DNA of 64,000 nucleotides from an uncultured Candidatus Babeliaceae bacterium (GTDB taxonomy: Bacteria; Babelota; Babeliae; Babelales; Babelaceae). The notes under the pieces are model-generated. The model was not told the DNA's origin. It searched no databases and saw only the letters and a program-made list of their open reading frames with translations. The stretch is from assembly GCA_963704655.1 (NCBI GenBank), contig OY969927.1:704001-768000 (forward strand), in the 5' to 3' direction. The translations under genes and the position numbers were made by a program. This document shows, piece by piece, positions 48,941 to 58,334 of the stretch (positions are counted from its first letter, which is position 1; every line of letters begins with the position of its first letter).

Positions 48941-49984
48941 CTACGCTTTAAGTTGTTTTGGCGCAACAACTGCTTCTTGCACAGGCATTTCTTGCGCAGG
49001 TGCTGACTGAACGTCACTTTTTACCAGTTGCATAATGTTATCGCGATGAACAACTGCACCGTATTTCTGTTTTAATTCATCCATAGTTTTGGTAACTGCT
49101 TTTCCAAGCTCATTACGAATTAAGAATGATTTAACGGCTTGCTGAACTTCTGGATCACTATATGGTTTGAAGGTATCTTTTTGGATTGCAGTTGCTTTAA
49201 TAACCGCAAACTTACCGTTAGCAAGTTTTACTACTTCAACATGTGGTACCGAAGTATAACCCATTACTTTGCTGCGAATATGTTCGTCAACTTCCATAGA
49301 ACGTGGGCTTACTAAACCTAAATCTTTAACTTTACGTTGACCATCTTTTGCAACTTTTGCAAAATCCTGTTTTTGTGCACTTGCTGCAAGTGATTTTGCT
49401 TCAGATTCTTTTCCAGCTTCGATCATCTGAACAGAAACACCGCCAACTTTATCAATAAACGGTGCACGTTTAAAGATTGCTACACGGTCACGATTTTCTT
49501 CGTAATATTTCTGAGCAACTGCATCGGTAACTTCTTGCTCAATTTTTTTGTATAAATCAGACTGGAAGATACTGTTTTTAAGTTGAGTTTCAACCGCTTC
49601 ATGTGCTTGTTTTGCAGCCATTTTATATTCTTCAGATTCTAAAAGGCCTGCATCTTTAACGTAGTGGCTCACTAATAACTCAGCAAGCATTGCATCAGCA
49701 AACTGGTCATAGAACGCCTGTTGTTGGTCTGCTGGAAGCCCTGAAAGTGCTTGTTGAATATCAGGACGCGCCATACAAAGTTGGCTAAATTTATTTTCAA
49801 AATCACGTTGTGTTAATGCTGGTTTACCATCAAGCGAGATACAACACGGTGAACCATCGGTGCCATGATCGTGCCCACTTGTGCATGTTGTGCATGAGTG
49901 TGAAAACCATGATTTCCAATCACATGCTGGGAGCATCATCAATGCACTTACCAGAAAAACTATACTTAAAAATCTTTTTGTCAT
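48941..49984 (-). CDS. PrsA/PpiC-like foldase lipoprotein
   Basis: Lipobox LPAC; YYEEN, FAKVAK..DLG parvulin-like segment. Confidence 0.65.
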   Translation of the reverse strand: MTKRFLSIVFLVSALMMLPACDWKSWFSHSCTTCTSGHDHGTDGSPCCISLDGKPALTQRDFENKFSQLCMARPDIQQALSGLPADQQQAFYDQFADAMLAELLVSHYVKDAGLLESEEYKMAAKQAHEAVETQLKNSIFQSDLYKKIEQEVTDAVAQKYYEENRDRVAIFKRAPFIDKVGGVSVQMIEAGKESEAKSLAASAQKQDFAKVAKDGQRKVKDLGLVSPRSMEVDEHIRSKVMGYTSVPHVEVVKLANGKFAVIKATAIQKDTFKPYSDPEVQQAVKSFLIRNELGKAVTKTMDELKQKYGAVVHRDNIMQLVKSDVQSAPAQEMPVQEAVVAPKQLKA

Positions 49985-50006
49985 ACTTGTCCTTTAAATT
50001 TTAAGG

Positions 50007-50066
50007 CCTGCCCGCCATAGCCTTTTATATTAACAACTTAAGAATAAATGCGAGGCGACGGCTGGG
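50007..50066 (+). repeat. family B repeat with expanded AT-rich loop
   Basis: CCTG-CCCGCC-ATAG-CCT-[~29 nt]-AGG-CGAC-GGCTGGG. Confidence 0.65.
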
Positions 50067-50244
50067 TTATATTACCAATTGCCACTGTGTAGGTTACCAT
50101 AGGGAATAAATATTTACAAAAAAATGCTCTTTATAAACTCAATCTCATTTTTCTTGAAATTTTCTTATAAATAAGATTATTTTATTAAAAACCTGTATTA
50201 AGAATCTTCAGCATATCTTACGGCAGCGGCCATGAAAGAATTTT

Positions 50245-51201
50245 ATGAAAAAAAACAAATTTATAGTTAAACAGCTATTTTACTCAACTCTCCTTTTTAT
50301 CCCATTTTCTTGCTCATATAGTCTTTTTGAAGGCGCTCTAGAAGATAAAAATGCTCAAGGGTATGTAGCCATCAAATTTGCATCAGCGGAATGGGGCGAT
50401 CCCAAGCAATATGAAAATGCTGTGTGGCAAAATGTAACTATTCCAACAGAAGTACTTAAAGAAGCATACAACGTACCATTAAATGGATATAGTAAAGTAA
50501 AAATTACTTTACCAAAAAGCACATCTAACCCCACTGGAGAATATTCAGTTCAATACATGACAACGCTTGAAAAACCAAAGGCTGCCTATATGAGTCATTC
50601 TGAGGGGTTAACAACCATTGTGCAAAAAGGTTGGATGAGCGATACAAAATTATACTTTTCAACTCTATTTTTTGATACAAAAAAAGATTTCGATGAGTTC
50701 TTTCAAAATTTAATAAACAAAACTAAAAAAGATCCTACAAAATATATCGCAGTAAAACCGGCTGATGCTCAGTGGGGCGACGAAATAAAAAATGAAAATG
50801 AAATATTAAGTATGGAGATACAAAGACAAATATTGGAATCTGCGTACAAAGTAAAATACAGTGGTTTTTCGCATCATAGAGAAGAATCTCCAAGAGGTTG
50901 GTTAGGCCAGCCTTCAAAAAAATCAACAATACTCGTCCTGGAGACCCTCGAAACACCTAAAACTACCAACATATTTGATCCATATGCCGAAATAGAAACA
51001 ACTATTTTCATTAATAATAAAGAACTAAAATACACAACTCGCTTTTTCGATAATTATCAAGATTTACAGCAGTTTTATAAAAACCCTCCAAAAGAAACTC
51101 AAAAGAAAGAAAGTGTAGATATTAAAGCTTTAACAAAGTTGTTCAACGATTTCACAAAAAACATAAGTGTTCTTTATATACAAACACGTTATTTAAAATA
51201 A
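50245..51201 (+). CDS. hypothetical secreted protein with an internal domain duplication
   Basis: YVAIKFASAEWGD / YIAVKPADAQWGD; TLEKPK / TLETPK; STLFFD / TTRFFD. Confidence 0.65.
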   Translation: MKKNKFIVKQLFYSTLLFIPFSCSYSLFEGALEDKNAQGYVAIKFASAEWGDPKQYENAVWQNVTIPTEVLKEAYNVPLNGYSKVKITLPKSTSNPTGEYSVQYMTTLEKPKAAYMSHSEGLTTIVQKGWMSDTKLYFSTLFFDTKKDFDEFFQNLINKTKKDPTKYIAVKPADAQWGDEIKNENEILSMEIQRQILESAYKVKYSGFSHHREESPRGWLGQPSKKSTILVLETLETPKTTNIFDPYAEIETTIFINNKELKYTTRFFDNYQDLQQFYKNPPKETQKKESVDIKALTKLFNDFTKNISVLYIQTRYLK

Positions 51202-51840
51202 CTAATTGGTAACCTTGCAGACTACTAAAAGTTCAACTGAAGCGGCACCGTTTTTATATAATTCGCGCGCGGCGGCGGCTGCCGTTGCGCCCGTTGTATA
51301 TAAATCGTCAATTAAGAGTATTTTTTTATTATGTAAAGAAAAAGCACACGTAAATGCATCTTGAAGATTCTCTTTTCGCTCGGGCGCAGAGAGTGTTGAT
51401 TGAAAAGCCGTATTTTTGGTTCGTTTTAAAAGTGGCATTACCGGTTTATGCAAAACCCGTGCAATTTTTTGGGCTAATATTTCTGCTTGATTAAATCCAC
51501 GCCAGATTTTCCGTTGCCAATGCAGTGGAATCGGCACAATATAATCACAGGATAATGTTTGATTTTTAACATACTCAGAAAGCAAAAAAGCCATTTGGTC
51601 TATCGGTATCCGCTGGCTATTTAATTTTGCCTGAATTAACTTTTCCATAGGCTTTTGATACGCCGTAAAGGCATGTACGGTTATGTGGCGTGATGCTGTT
51701 ATAGAAATAGTTTGTGAAAATATTTTTGGTAATGCATCTAAACATTCAGTGCACAACACCGTGTGATGTGATAATAATAGTTCACACCCTACGCAATAGG
51801 GCGGGGATAGTATGTTTTTAAAAATGGTGAGTATGCGCAT
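51202..51840 (-). CDS. comF: ComF family protein
   Basis: CxxC...CxxC, PIPLHWQR..RGFNQA, LLIDDLYTTGAT. Confidence 0.9.
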   Translation of the reverse strand: MRILTIFKNILSPPYCVGCELLLSHHTVLCTECLDALPKIFSQTISITASRHITVHAFTAYQKPMEKLIQAKLNSQRIPIDQMAFLLSEYVKNQTLSCDYIVPIPLHWQRKIWRGFNQAEILAQKIARVLHKPVMPLLKRTKNTAFQSTLSAPERKENLQDAFTCAFSLHNKKILLIDDLYTTGATAAAAARELYKNGAASVELLVVCKVTN

Positions 51841-51851
51841 GTGCCGGTATA

Positions 51852-52313
51852 TTACTCTTGTAATGTGGCAATAATGCATATCACGCCGACAACAATTGCT
51901 GCATCTGCAATATTAAAAACGGGTAACGCGTAATGGTTAACATGAAAAACAATAAAATCTATAACACCATTATACAATGCGCGGTCGATTAAATTGCCCG
52001 TTGCGCCAGCAATAACCAGTAACTCTGGGTAAATCGAAAAACCCTTAATAAAACGAAAGACGGTGTATCCAACAAGTAAAACTATCAGCAGTGAAATGGC
52101 AACAGAAAGCGCAATAAAAAAAGGCTGTGTTGCATGGTGAAAAATGCCCCATGAAATGCCCCGGTTGGTAAGTACTTCAAGAGAAACATACTGATTTAAC
52201 ACAATCTCTTTGGTTGCTGTCTTTAATGCCCACTGCTTACTAAAAAAATCTATAGCAAGGACAAAGGTGAAAAAAGAAAGCGCGCCAAAAACTGAAAAGA
52301 TTTTTTTCATCAT
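51852..52313 (-). CDS. lspA: lipoprotein signal peptidase
   Basis: NRGISWG, GATGNLIDR, GVIDF, FNIAD. Confidence 0.93.
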   Translation of the reverse strand: MMKKIFSVFGALSFFTFVLAIDFFSKQWALKTATKEIVLNQYVSLEVLTNRGISWGIFHHATQPFFIALSVAISLLIVLLVGYTVFRFIKGFSIYPELLVIAGATGNLIDRALYNGVIDFIVFHVNHYALPVFNIADAAIVVGVICIIATLQE

Positions 52314-54682
52314 CGAACAGTTACTCCTAAGGCATGAACAGCTGCAGTAACCGCAGCGCGTAACTGGTCAATCTCTTGTTTAGAAAAAGTTTTTTCTTCA
52401 TCAACTGCTTTATAACGTAACGTTACTGCACGCTCAGAAACCCATTCCGGTTTTTCAAAGTAATCAACCAACTGCACGTGATATATGCGTGCGTCTACCA
52501 CCGCTATTGCTTGCTCAATTGCATCAACTGAAACGGCAAATGGCACGAGTAAACTGATATCTGTAGTAACAGGCTGGTATGCTGAAAGCGGGGTGAATGT
52601 TACCAACTCTTTATGCGCTTGTAATAATACATCAAGTTCAATTTCAAAAATAAACGCATGGCCCGTAGTAAATGCACGCATGCTGTCTGGCCTTACACAA
52701 CCTGCATAGCCGATAACTTTATCATTAAAAACTAACTCTGCTGTTTGATGCGGATGATAGAACACAGCAAGGTCAGATTCAGGCTTTCTCCAAACTATTG
52801 GCAATGAAAGTAACTTAAAGATTTGAGAAACTTTTTCTTTATATTCATAAAAATTAAGCTCAGTTGCTTGATACCAAATACCTGCAAAAGATGATTGTTC
52901 AACTGGTTTATTATTAATTTTTTTCCAAATATTATTTATCTCAAAAAATGCCATACGGTCATGTTCATAGACATTTTGTTCAATATTTTTAAAAAGATGT
53001 GGAATCAGTGACGAAACTAAGCTTGTCCAATGTTCTGAAACGGGGTTTGCAACAGCATAAGCCGTATCGGATAAAAGTTTACTCAAACCCACTTTTTCTA
53101 AAAATTGATTATCATAAAATGCATAGTTACTTACTTCATGCATGTTAAAACCAAATGCACACAGGCGCTTAAGCGCACGACGCATCATAATATAATCGGT
53201 AGAAAATGGCTTCATAACCCGCGAAGGCAATTGCATTGCAAGATTATTAAAGCCGATAAAACGCGCAATCTCTTCAACAATGTCCTCTGCGATAGTAATG
53301 TCTTTTGTTGCGCGAAAACTTGGCACGCTTATCGTGAACTCTGCACCAGTAGCAGTGTCTTTTTGTTGTACGCCAAAGCCCAACGCACTTAAGATAGTGT
53401 AAATATGATCTGCAGAAACATGAGTTCCAATACGATCAGAAACAAACGTCTGCGTAAAACGTATACTTTTTTCTTGAGGAACTTCACCAAGCGACATAAT
53501 TGCTTGCGCACTTTGATAGACTACATCATGGATATCTAAAAGATGTAAAAAGCGTGTTATAGCTTGCGTGTTATATAAAGGATCGAGTGATTTTTCAAAT
53601 CTTGTGGAAGACTCTGTACGGACCTTATGCTTAATTGATGATTTACGGATAGCTGCTGCAGCATATGATGCCGATTCAATAAAAAGCGCGGCTGTTTTTC
53701 TGGTTACACTAGAACCTTTACCGCCCATAATTCCTGCAAGACCTAAAATCTTTTGGCCATCACTGATAACCATATCAGTATCAACTAAGGTAATAGTTGC
53801 ACCATCAAGAAGTAATAACTTCTCACCCGAGGTTGCTTGCTCGACCTTAAGAACATCGCCTGTAATATATGCAGCATCAAATGCGTGCATTGGTTGGCCG
53901 ATATCATACATAACATAATTTGTAGTATCAACAATGCCATTTATAGGCTTTGCATCAATGGCACATAAGCGAAAGAGCATATCGGGAAATGAGGCAACAT
54001 AGGTGATTTTCGGGATACTTAAGCCTGCTATGCGTTTGCAATTTCGCTCCCCGATCACACTGAGCGAAGTCGAAGCGTTCTCCAAACCGATGGTGTTGCC
54101 TGCAACAGCGGGCGTGCTTTGGGTGAACGAGCGTATCGCTTTTTGAGCAAATATATACTCTTCTGGCAATAATTCTAAGCCATAAAGTGCTCCAACTTCA
54201 CGGGCAAAACCTCTGTGTCCCCATAAATCTGGTCTATGCGTTAATGCTTTGTTATCAAAAGTTAAAATATAGTCCCATGCAGGGATCGCGCTTTTCCAAG
54301 CGCCAGCTTTTTGTGCTTCAGGCACCCAGACAGCAGGAACAAGACCATCTTTTTCAGCATGCAGGTCACGCAGCGAAAGATAGGTAAACATATCGCCCTG
54401 CTTGAGTATCAAACAGCTGTCACCAACAGCCAGGTCTGTACGCGGGGGTAAGGTGATCTCTTTATGTAACTCGACAATTGAAAGCGTACAAGCGGTATCT
54501 TGTTTAATAACAGTACCTAAAAAAATCTTATCTAATGGATAGGTAATTTTTTCAACATGTTCTACTTCAGCAACAGTAGCTCCGATACGTTCAAAAAAGT
54601 TGCCCTTTTCAAACTCAGACTGAAACTCAGAAAATGGGTTTTTCTTAATATGACTAAACAACCAAGAAAGAGATAGCTTCAT
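52310..54682 (-). CDS. pheT: phenylalanyl-tRNA synthetase beta subunit
   Basis: HRPDLWGHRGFARE, GQPMHAFD, LAGIMGG, RFEK, EDIVEEIAR. Confidence 0.93.
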   Translation of the reverse strand: MKLSLSWLFSHIKKNPFSEFQSEFEKGNFFERIGATVAEVEHVEKITYPLDKIFLGTVIKQDTACTLSIVELHKEITLPPRTDLAVGDSCLILKQGDMFTYLSLRDLHAEKDGLVPAVWVPEAQKAGAWKSAIPAWDYILTFDNKALTHRPDLWGHRGFAREVGALYGLELLPEEYIFAQKAIRSFTQSTPAVAGNTIGLENASTSLSVIGERNCKRIAGLSIPKITYVASFPDMLFRLCAIDAKPINGIVDTTNYVMYDIGQPMHAFDAAYITGDVLKVEQATSGEKLLLLDGATITLVDTDMVISDGQKILGLAGIMGGKGSSVTRKTAALFIESASYAAAAIRKSSIKHKVRTESSTRFEKSLDPLYNTQAITRFLHLLDIHDVVYQSAQAIMSLGEVPQEKSIRFTQTFVSDRIGTHVSADHIYTILSALGFGVQQKDTATGAEFTISVPSFRATKDITIAEDIVEEIARFIGFNNLAMQLPSRVMKPFSTDYIMMRRALKRLCAFGFNMHEVSNYAFYDNQFLEKVGLSKLLSDTAYAVANPVSEHWTSLVSSLIPHLFKNIEQNVYEHDRMAFFEINNIWKKINNKPVEQSSFAGIWYQATELNFYEYKEKVSQIFKLLSLPIVWRKPESDLAVFYHPHQTAELVFNDKVIGYAGCVRPDSMRAFTTGHAFIFEIELDVLLQAHKELVTFTPLSAYQPVTTDISLLVPFAVSVDAIEQAIAVVDARIYHVQLVDYFEKPEWVSERAVTLRYKAVDEEKTFSKQEIDQLRAAVTAAVHALGVTVR
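54051..54078 (+). repeat. family A unit inside pheT
   Basis: CCGATCACACTGAGCGAAGTCGAAGCGT vs CCGCTCACACTGAGCGAAGTCGAAGTGT at 4659-4686 (26/28). Confidence 0.85.
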
Positions 54683-54716
54683 GTATTTACGACCTAACTT
54701 TAAAGAACTTAATAAT

Positions 54717-54786
54717 CCGCCCGCATGGATTCGACTACGCTCACCACGAGCGGACGCTCATCCTGAGCCTGTCGAAGGGTTAGCGG
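54717..54786. repeat. family A doublet
   Basis: CCGCCCGCATGGATTCGACTACGCTCACCACGAGCGG-ACGCTCATCCTGAGCCTGTCGAAGGGTTAGCGG. Confidence 0.9.
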
Positions 54787-54867
54787 GTCAATGAAAGTCT
54801 GCTATATATCTAGTAAAGTTTACGCAAAAATTGTAAAACGATCAATCTATGGTAAAATTATATCATT

Positions 54868-55782
54868 ATGAAAACTATACTACTTTATTACAAATATACC
54901 GATGTCGAATTTCCTGCGCAGCAAGTAAAACTTCAAAAAGAGCTCTGCGCACGCTTAGGTCTCAAGGGACGTATCATTATTGCTACTGAAGGAATTAATG
55001 GCACTGTTGCCGGAACCCAGGAAGCTTGTGATGCTTATATTGAGCACATGAACGCTCACCCACTTTTTTTTGGCATTGATTTTAAAATCAGCCAGTGTGA
55101 AGGCGAGCCGTTCCCCCGCATGCGAATTGTTGAAAAAGAAGAGATCACTCGCATGGGCAAAAGTCCCAAAGAAATCTCTTATAAAGATACTGGGACGCAT
55201 TTAACCCCACAACAAGCACATGACCTTATTGCCAACAATAAAGATCTACTTATCTTAGATGGCAGAAACGCTTACGAGGCTGCTATTGGTAAATTTGTAG
55301 GAGCCATTGTGCCTGATATTGAGACCTTTAGAGAATTTCCTGATTATATAGATAAAAACCAAGATATGTTTAAAGATAAAGAGGTCTTTATGTACTGCAC
55401 CGGCGGCATCCGCTGCGAGCGCGCAACTGCTTACTTAAAAAGTAAAGGTGTTGCAAAAGAAGTATATCACGTAACTGGTGGTATTGACCGTTATGCTCAG
55501 GCGTATCCTGACGGATACTTTAGGGGCAAAAATTATGTCTTTGATGGCCGCATAGCCGTTCCTGTTAATAACGATATTCTGAGTACCTGTGCACTTTGTT
55601 CACAAGCAGCTGACGATTATTACAACTGTGTCTATGCTGGCTGCAACAAACAGCTTATTATTTGCCCACCATGTGTACAAGAACATAATGCAACCTGTAG
55701 CGAAAAGTGTAAACAACTGATTTTAGATAACCCTGCACTTATGCGCATTATCCCGCACAAAACAGCAACATGCGCTCGCTAG
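54868..55782 (+). CDS. trhO: rhodanese-domain tRNA U34 hydroxylase family (TrhO/YceA)
   Basis: GRII.A.EGINGT, YCTGGIRCE, GKNYVFDGR. Confidence 0.88.
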   Translation: MKTILLYYKYTDVEFPAQQVKLQKELCARLGLKGRIIIATEGINGTVAGTQEACDAYIEHMNAHPLFFGIDFKISQCEGEPFPRMRIVEKEEITRMGKSPKEISYKDTGTHLTPQQAHDLIANNKDLLILDGRNAYEAAIGKFVGAIVPDIETFREFPDYIDKNQDMFKDKEVFMYCTGGIRCERATAYLKSKGVAKEVYHVTGGIDRYAQAYPDGYFRGKNYVFDGRIAVPVNNDILSTCALCSQAADDYYNCVYAGCNKQLIICPPCVQEHNATCSEKCKQLILDNPALMRIIPHKTATCAR

Positions 55783-56807
55783 AAAACCTGATTCAACAGA
55801 ACGCTCCACTGGCAGACAAAAACTGGTTTAAAACAGGCGGGCCTGCAGAGTTTTATGCAGAGCCACAAACACCACAAGAATTTGCTGCAGCTATTATATT
55901 CGCACGCGAACACAGTTTGCCTATTACATTATTAGGCGAAGGCGCTAACGTACTTATCAGCGATGCGGGAATTTCTGGGCTTGTTATTCGCCCCGCTTTA
56001 AAAGAAATTATATTCGAAACATGTTCAAACGCCGTGCACCCTGCCTGTCCGTCGAAGCCTTGGCGAAGTCGGAAGTGTTCACCGCAGGTGAATGTATCGA
56101 AGGGGCAGAATATCTGGGTTACAGCGCAGGCAGGCGTGAGTATGCATGAACTTATCGATGCTTGCTTAGCGCAAGGCGCATTAGGCTTAGAAGAATTTAG
56201 TGGGATACCCGGAACAGTTGGCGGGTCAGTTTTTATCAATATCCATTATTTTGAATTTTTATTAAGCAAGTTTATTACTCAAGCGACAGTTATTAACGCC
56301 ACAACCGGCGAGCTGCTTTCAGTTGACCATGCATGGTTTAATTTTAGTTATAACTATTCAATGTTACATGAAAATAATTACTATCTAGTAGATGCTACGT
56401 TTAAACTTAAACGTGCTGAATCGCCTTTAGATGTTGCGTTTGCGCAAGGGCGCAGAAAAGAGATTATTCGCCACAGAGCAGCTCGATACCCAAATGCGGG
56501 AACTTGTGGCAGTTTTTTTAGAAACTTTTATCCGCAAGAAGTTACGCTTGAAAGCTTAGGAAAAAAACTAATCTATGTTGCTTATTATTTAGATAAAATT
56601 GGTGTTAAAGGCGCACTTTCATGCGGCGGTGCAACGGTGTCTTACCAGCATGCAAATATGCTCGTTAACTCTGGCAATGCCTCCACTGCCGACTTAATAA
56701 CTCTTGCACGCACCATGCAAGAAAAAGTCCGTGATGCTTATGGCATTACGCCACAGCCGGAATGCAGATTATTAGGTTTTGAAAAATACCCATTACTATC
56801 CTATTAA
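55770..56807 (+). CDS. murB: UDP-N-acetylmuramate dehydrogenase, with a repeat-derived insert
   Basis: FKTGGPA, LGEGANVL, GIPGTVGG, GSFFRN, HANMLVN. Confidence 0.92.
   Translation: MRSLENLIQQNAPLADKNWFKTGGPAEFYAEPQTPQEFAAAIIFAREHSLPITLLGEGANVLISDAGISGLVIRPALKEIIFETCSNAVHPACPSKPWRSRKCSPQVNVSKGQNIWVTAQAGVSMHELIDACLAQGALGLEEFSGIPGTVGGSVFINIHYFEFLLSKFITQATVINATTGELLSVDHAWFNFSYNYSMLHENNYYLVDATFKLKRAESPLDVAFAQGRRKEIIRHRAARYPNAGTCGSFFRNFYPQEVTLESLGKKLIYVAYYLDKIGVKGALSCGGATVSYQHANMLVNSGNASTADLITLARTMQEKVRDAYGITPQPECRLLGFEKYPLLSY
56032..56103 (+). repeat. family A unit with a 30-nt family B insert (56044-56073), in frame in murB
   Basis: CCGTGCACCCTG[CCTGTCCGTCGAAGCCTTGGCGAAGTCGGA]AGTGTTCACCGCAGGTGAATGTATCGAAGG. 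Confidence 0.88.
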
Positions 56808-58309
56808 GCTTCATTAATTTCCTTAATAACAAACATATTAGCGTTATTAAGTTTTTGAAAAGCTTCATTTGCACTAGCATAATTCTCAGGATTTTTATCA
56901 GGATGAACTTTCAAAGACAATATCCTAAATGCTCTATTAACATCATCTATTGTTGCTTTATGAGAAACGCCCAAAATCTCATAAGGATTTTTAGTATTTA
57001 GGATCCGTGTTATCGCTTGATCTTGAGTTTCATTTTTTAATTCAGAACTCATAGAACTTTCAGCTTCAAATGATTTTTTATAAGCATCTTTTAACACATT
57101 CACGTCCCATATTTTGGCGACCTTGCCAAGAGACAAAGTAATTATTTTTTTATCTGAAGGTGAAAATTTTACAGACAAAACTTTATACTCACCGCCAAAT
57201 GGATTAAAGCTTGTCAGAGTCTTGTGAGTTTGTACATCTTGTATAGTAACCGTTTCATTTTCACCTACCAAGATAACCATATCACCATGATATGAAAATA
57301 TTGTCTTGCTTGAATCATAAGCTTCATGTCCAAGAATTTTATAAAGATTGCCTAAAGCTGTACCTATATTGCCATCCCAAACTCCGATAAAGCCATCAGG
57401 TGTGTAGGTAAGAATTTTAGTTCCATCTGCTGAAAAAGCTATAGTCGGTCTATCTTCTTCGGGATTACTTACTTCTTTTTCTTTAACAAGTGTGGCTATC
57501 TTTTGACCTGCCTCTACTGACCATAATACTATCGGGCCATAATACTTTTGCCCTGAAATGGTCTGCACAGCACTGGTGAGTAGTTTTATGCCATCGGGTG
57601 AAAAGTGCGCTATATTTACGTTTGGAAAGGTATGCAAACTGGTGCCGGTAGCAACATCCCATATTTTTGCAACGCTTTGTTTTTTTGCAACATCTTGTGC
57701 TACGGTAAGGAGCTTACTTGCATCAGAAGAAAATTCTATAACACTAACCGCTTTAGGCGTCGCAATTGCCGCCTGCTTTTTGCCTATAGAAGGCATAGCC
57801 CCTGAAGATGTTTCAGGCGCCTTAAGAGCCTCGTAAGCTTTAAGACTAAGTAAGCTTCCCCCTGTTGCAACATCCCAAATTTTAACTATTCCATCTTCTG
57901 CTCCTGTTGCAAGCTTTAGATCATCGTGAGAAAAACTTACTTTATTAATTTTTTTTGGATGAGCATTAAAAGTACTTATCATGCTACCAGTTCCGGTATC
58001 CCACAAAATAACTGTCCCATTTGAAGATCCAGTAACAATTTTTTTACCATCATGCGAAAATGCCGCAACCACAACAGGACTACTATGATCAAGCTTATAT
58101 ATAAGTTTGCCAGTTTGCGCATCAAAAAGATCTGCGCTGTTTCCCTCACCAGGGGTTAAAATTTGCTTTTCATCTGGGCTAAAAAATGCGAATAATATCA
58201 TAGCATTATTTGAAATTGTTACTACAGGTGAAATATCCTGCATCCCACAAAGCTGTTGAGCCATGCCCAGCAAAACAAGAATAAAAACATTAAGAATATT
58301 TTTTTTCAT
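56804..58309 (-). CDS. secreted WD40-repeat protein with C-terminal J-domain
   Basis: Signal peptide; multiple FS.DG...WD repeats; NPYEILGV...LKVHPDKN. Confidence 0.88.
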   Translation of the reverse strand: MKKNILNVFILVLLGMAQQLCGMQDISPVVTISNNAMILFAFFSPDEKQILTPGEGNSADLFDAQTGKLIYKLDHSSPVVVAAFSHDGKKIVTGSSNGTVILWDTGTGSMISTFNAHPKKINKVSFSHDDLKLATGAEDGIVKIWDVATGGSLLSLKAYEALKAPETSSGAMPSIGKKQAAIATPKAVSVIEFSSDASKLLTVAQDVAKKQSVAKIWDVATGTSLHTFPNVNIAHFSPDGIKLLTSAVQTISGQKYYGPIVLWSVEAGQKIATLVKEKEVSNPEEDRPTIAFSADGTKILTYTPDGFIGVWDGNIGTALGNLYKILGHEAYDSSKTIFSYHGDMVILVGENETVTIQDVQTHKTLTSFNPFGGEYKVLSVKFSPSDKKIITLSLGKVAKIWDVNVLKDAYKKSFEAESSMSSELKNETQDQAITRILNTKNPYEILGVSHKATIDDVNRAFRILSLKVHPDKNPENYASANEAFQKLNNANMFVIKEINEA

Positions 58310-58334
58310 AGCTATCCTATTATTTTAACAGTTA

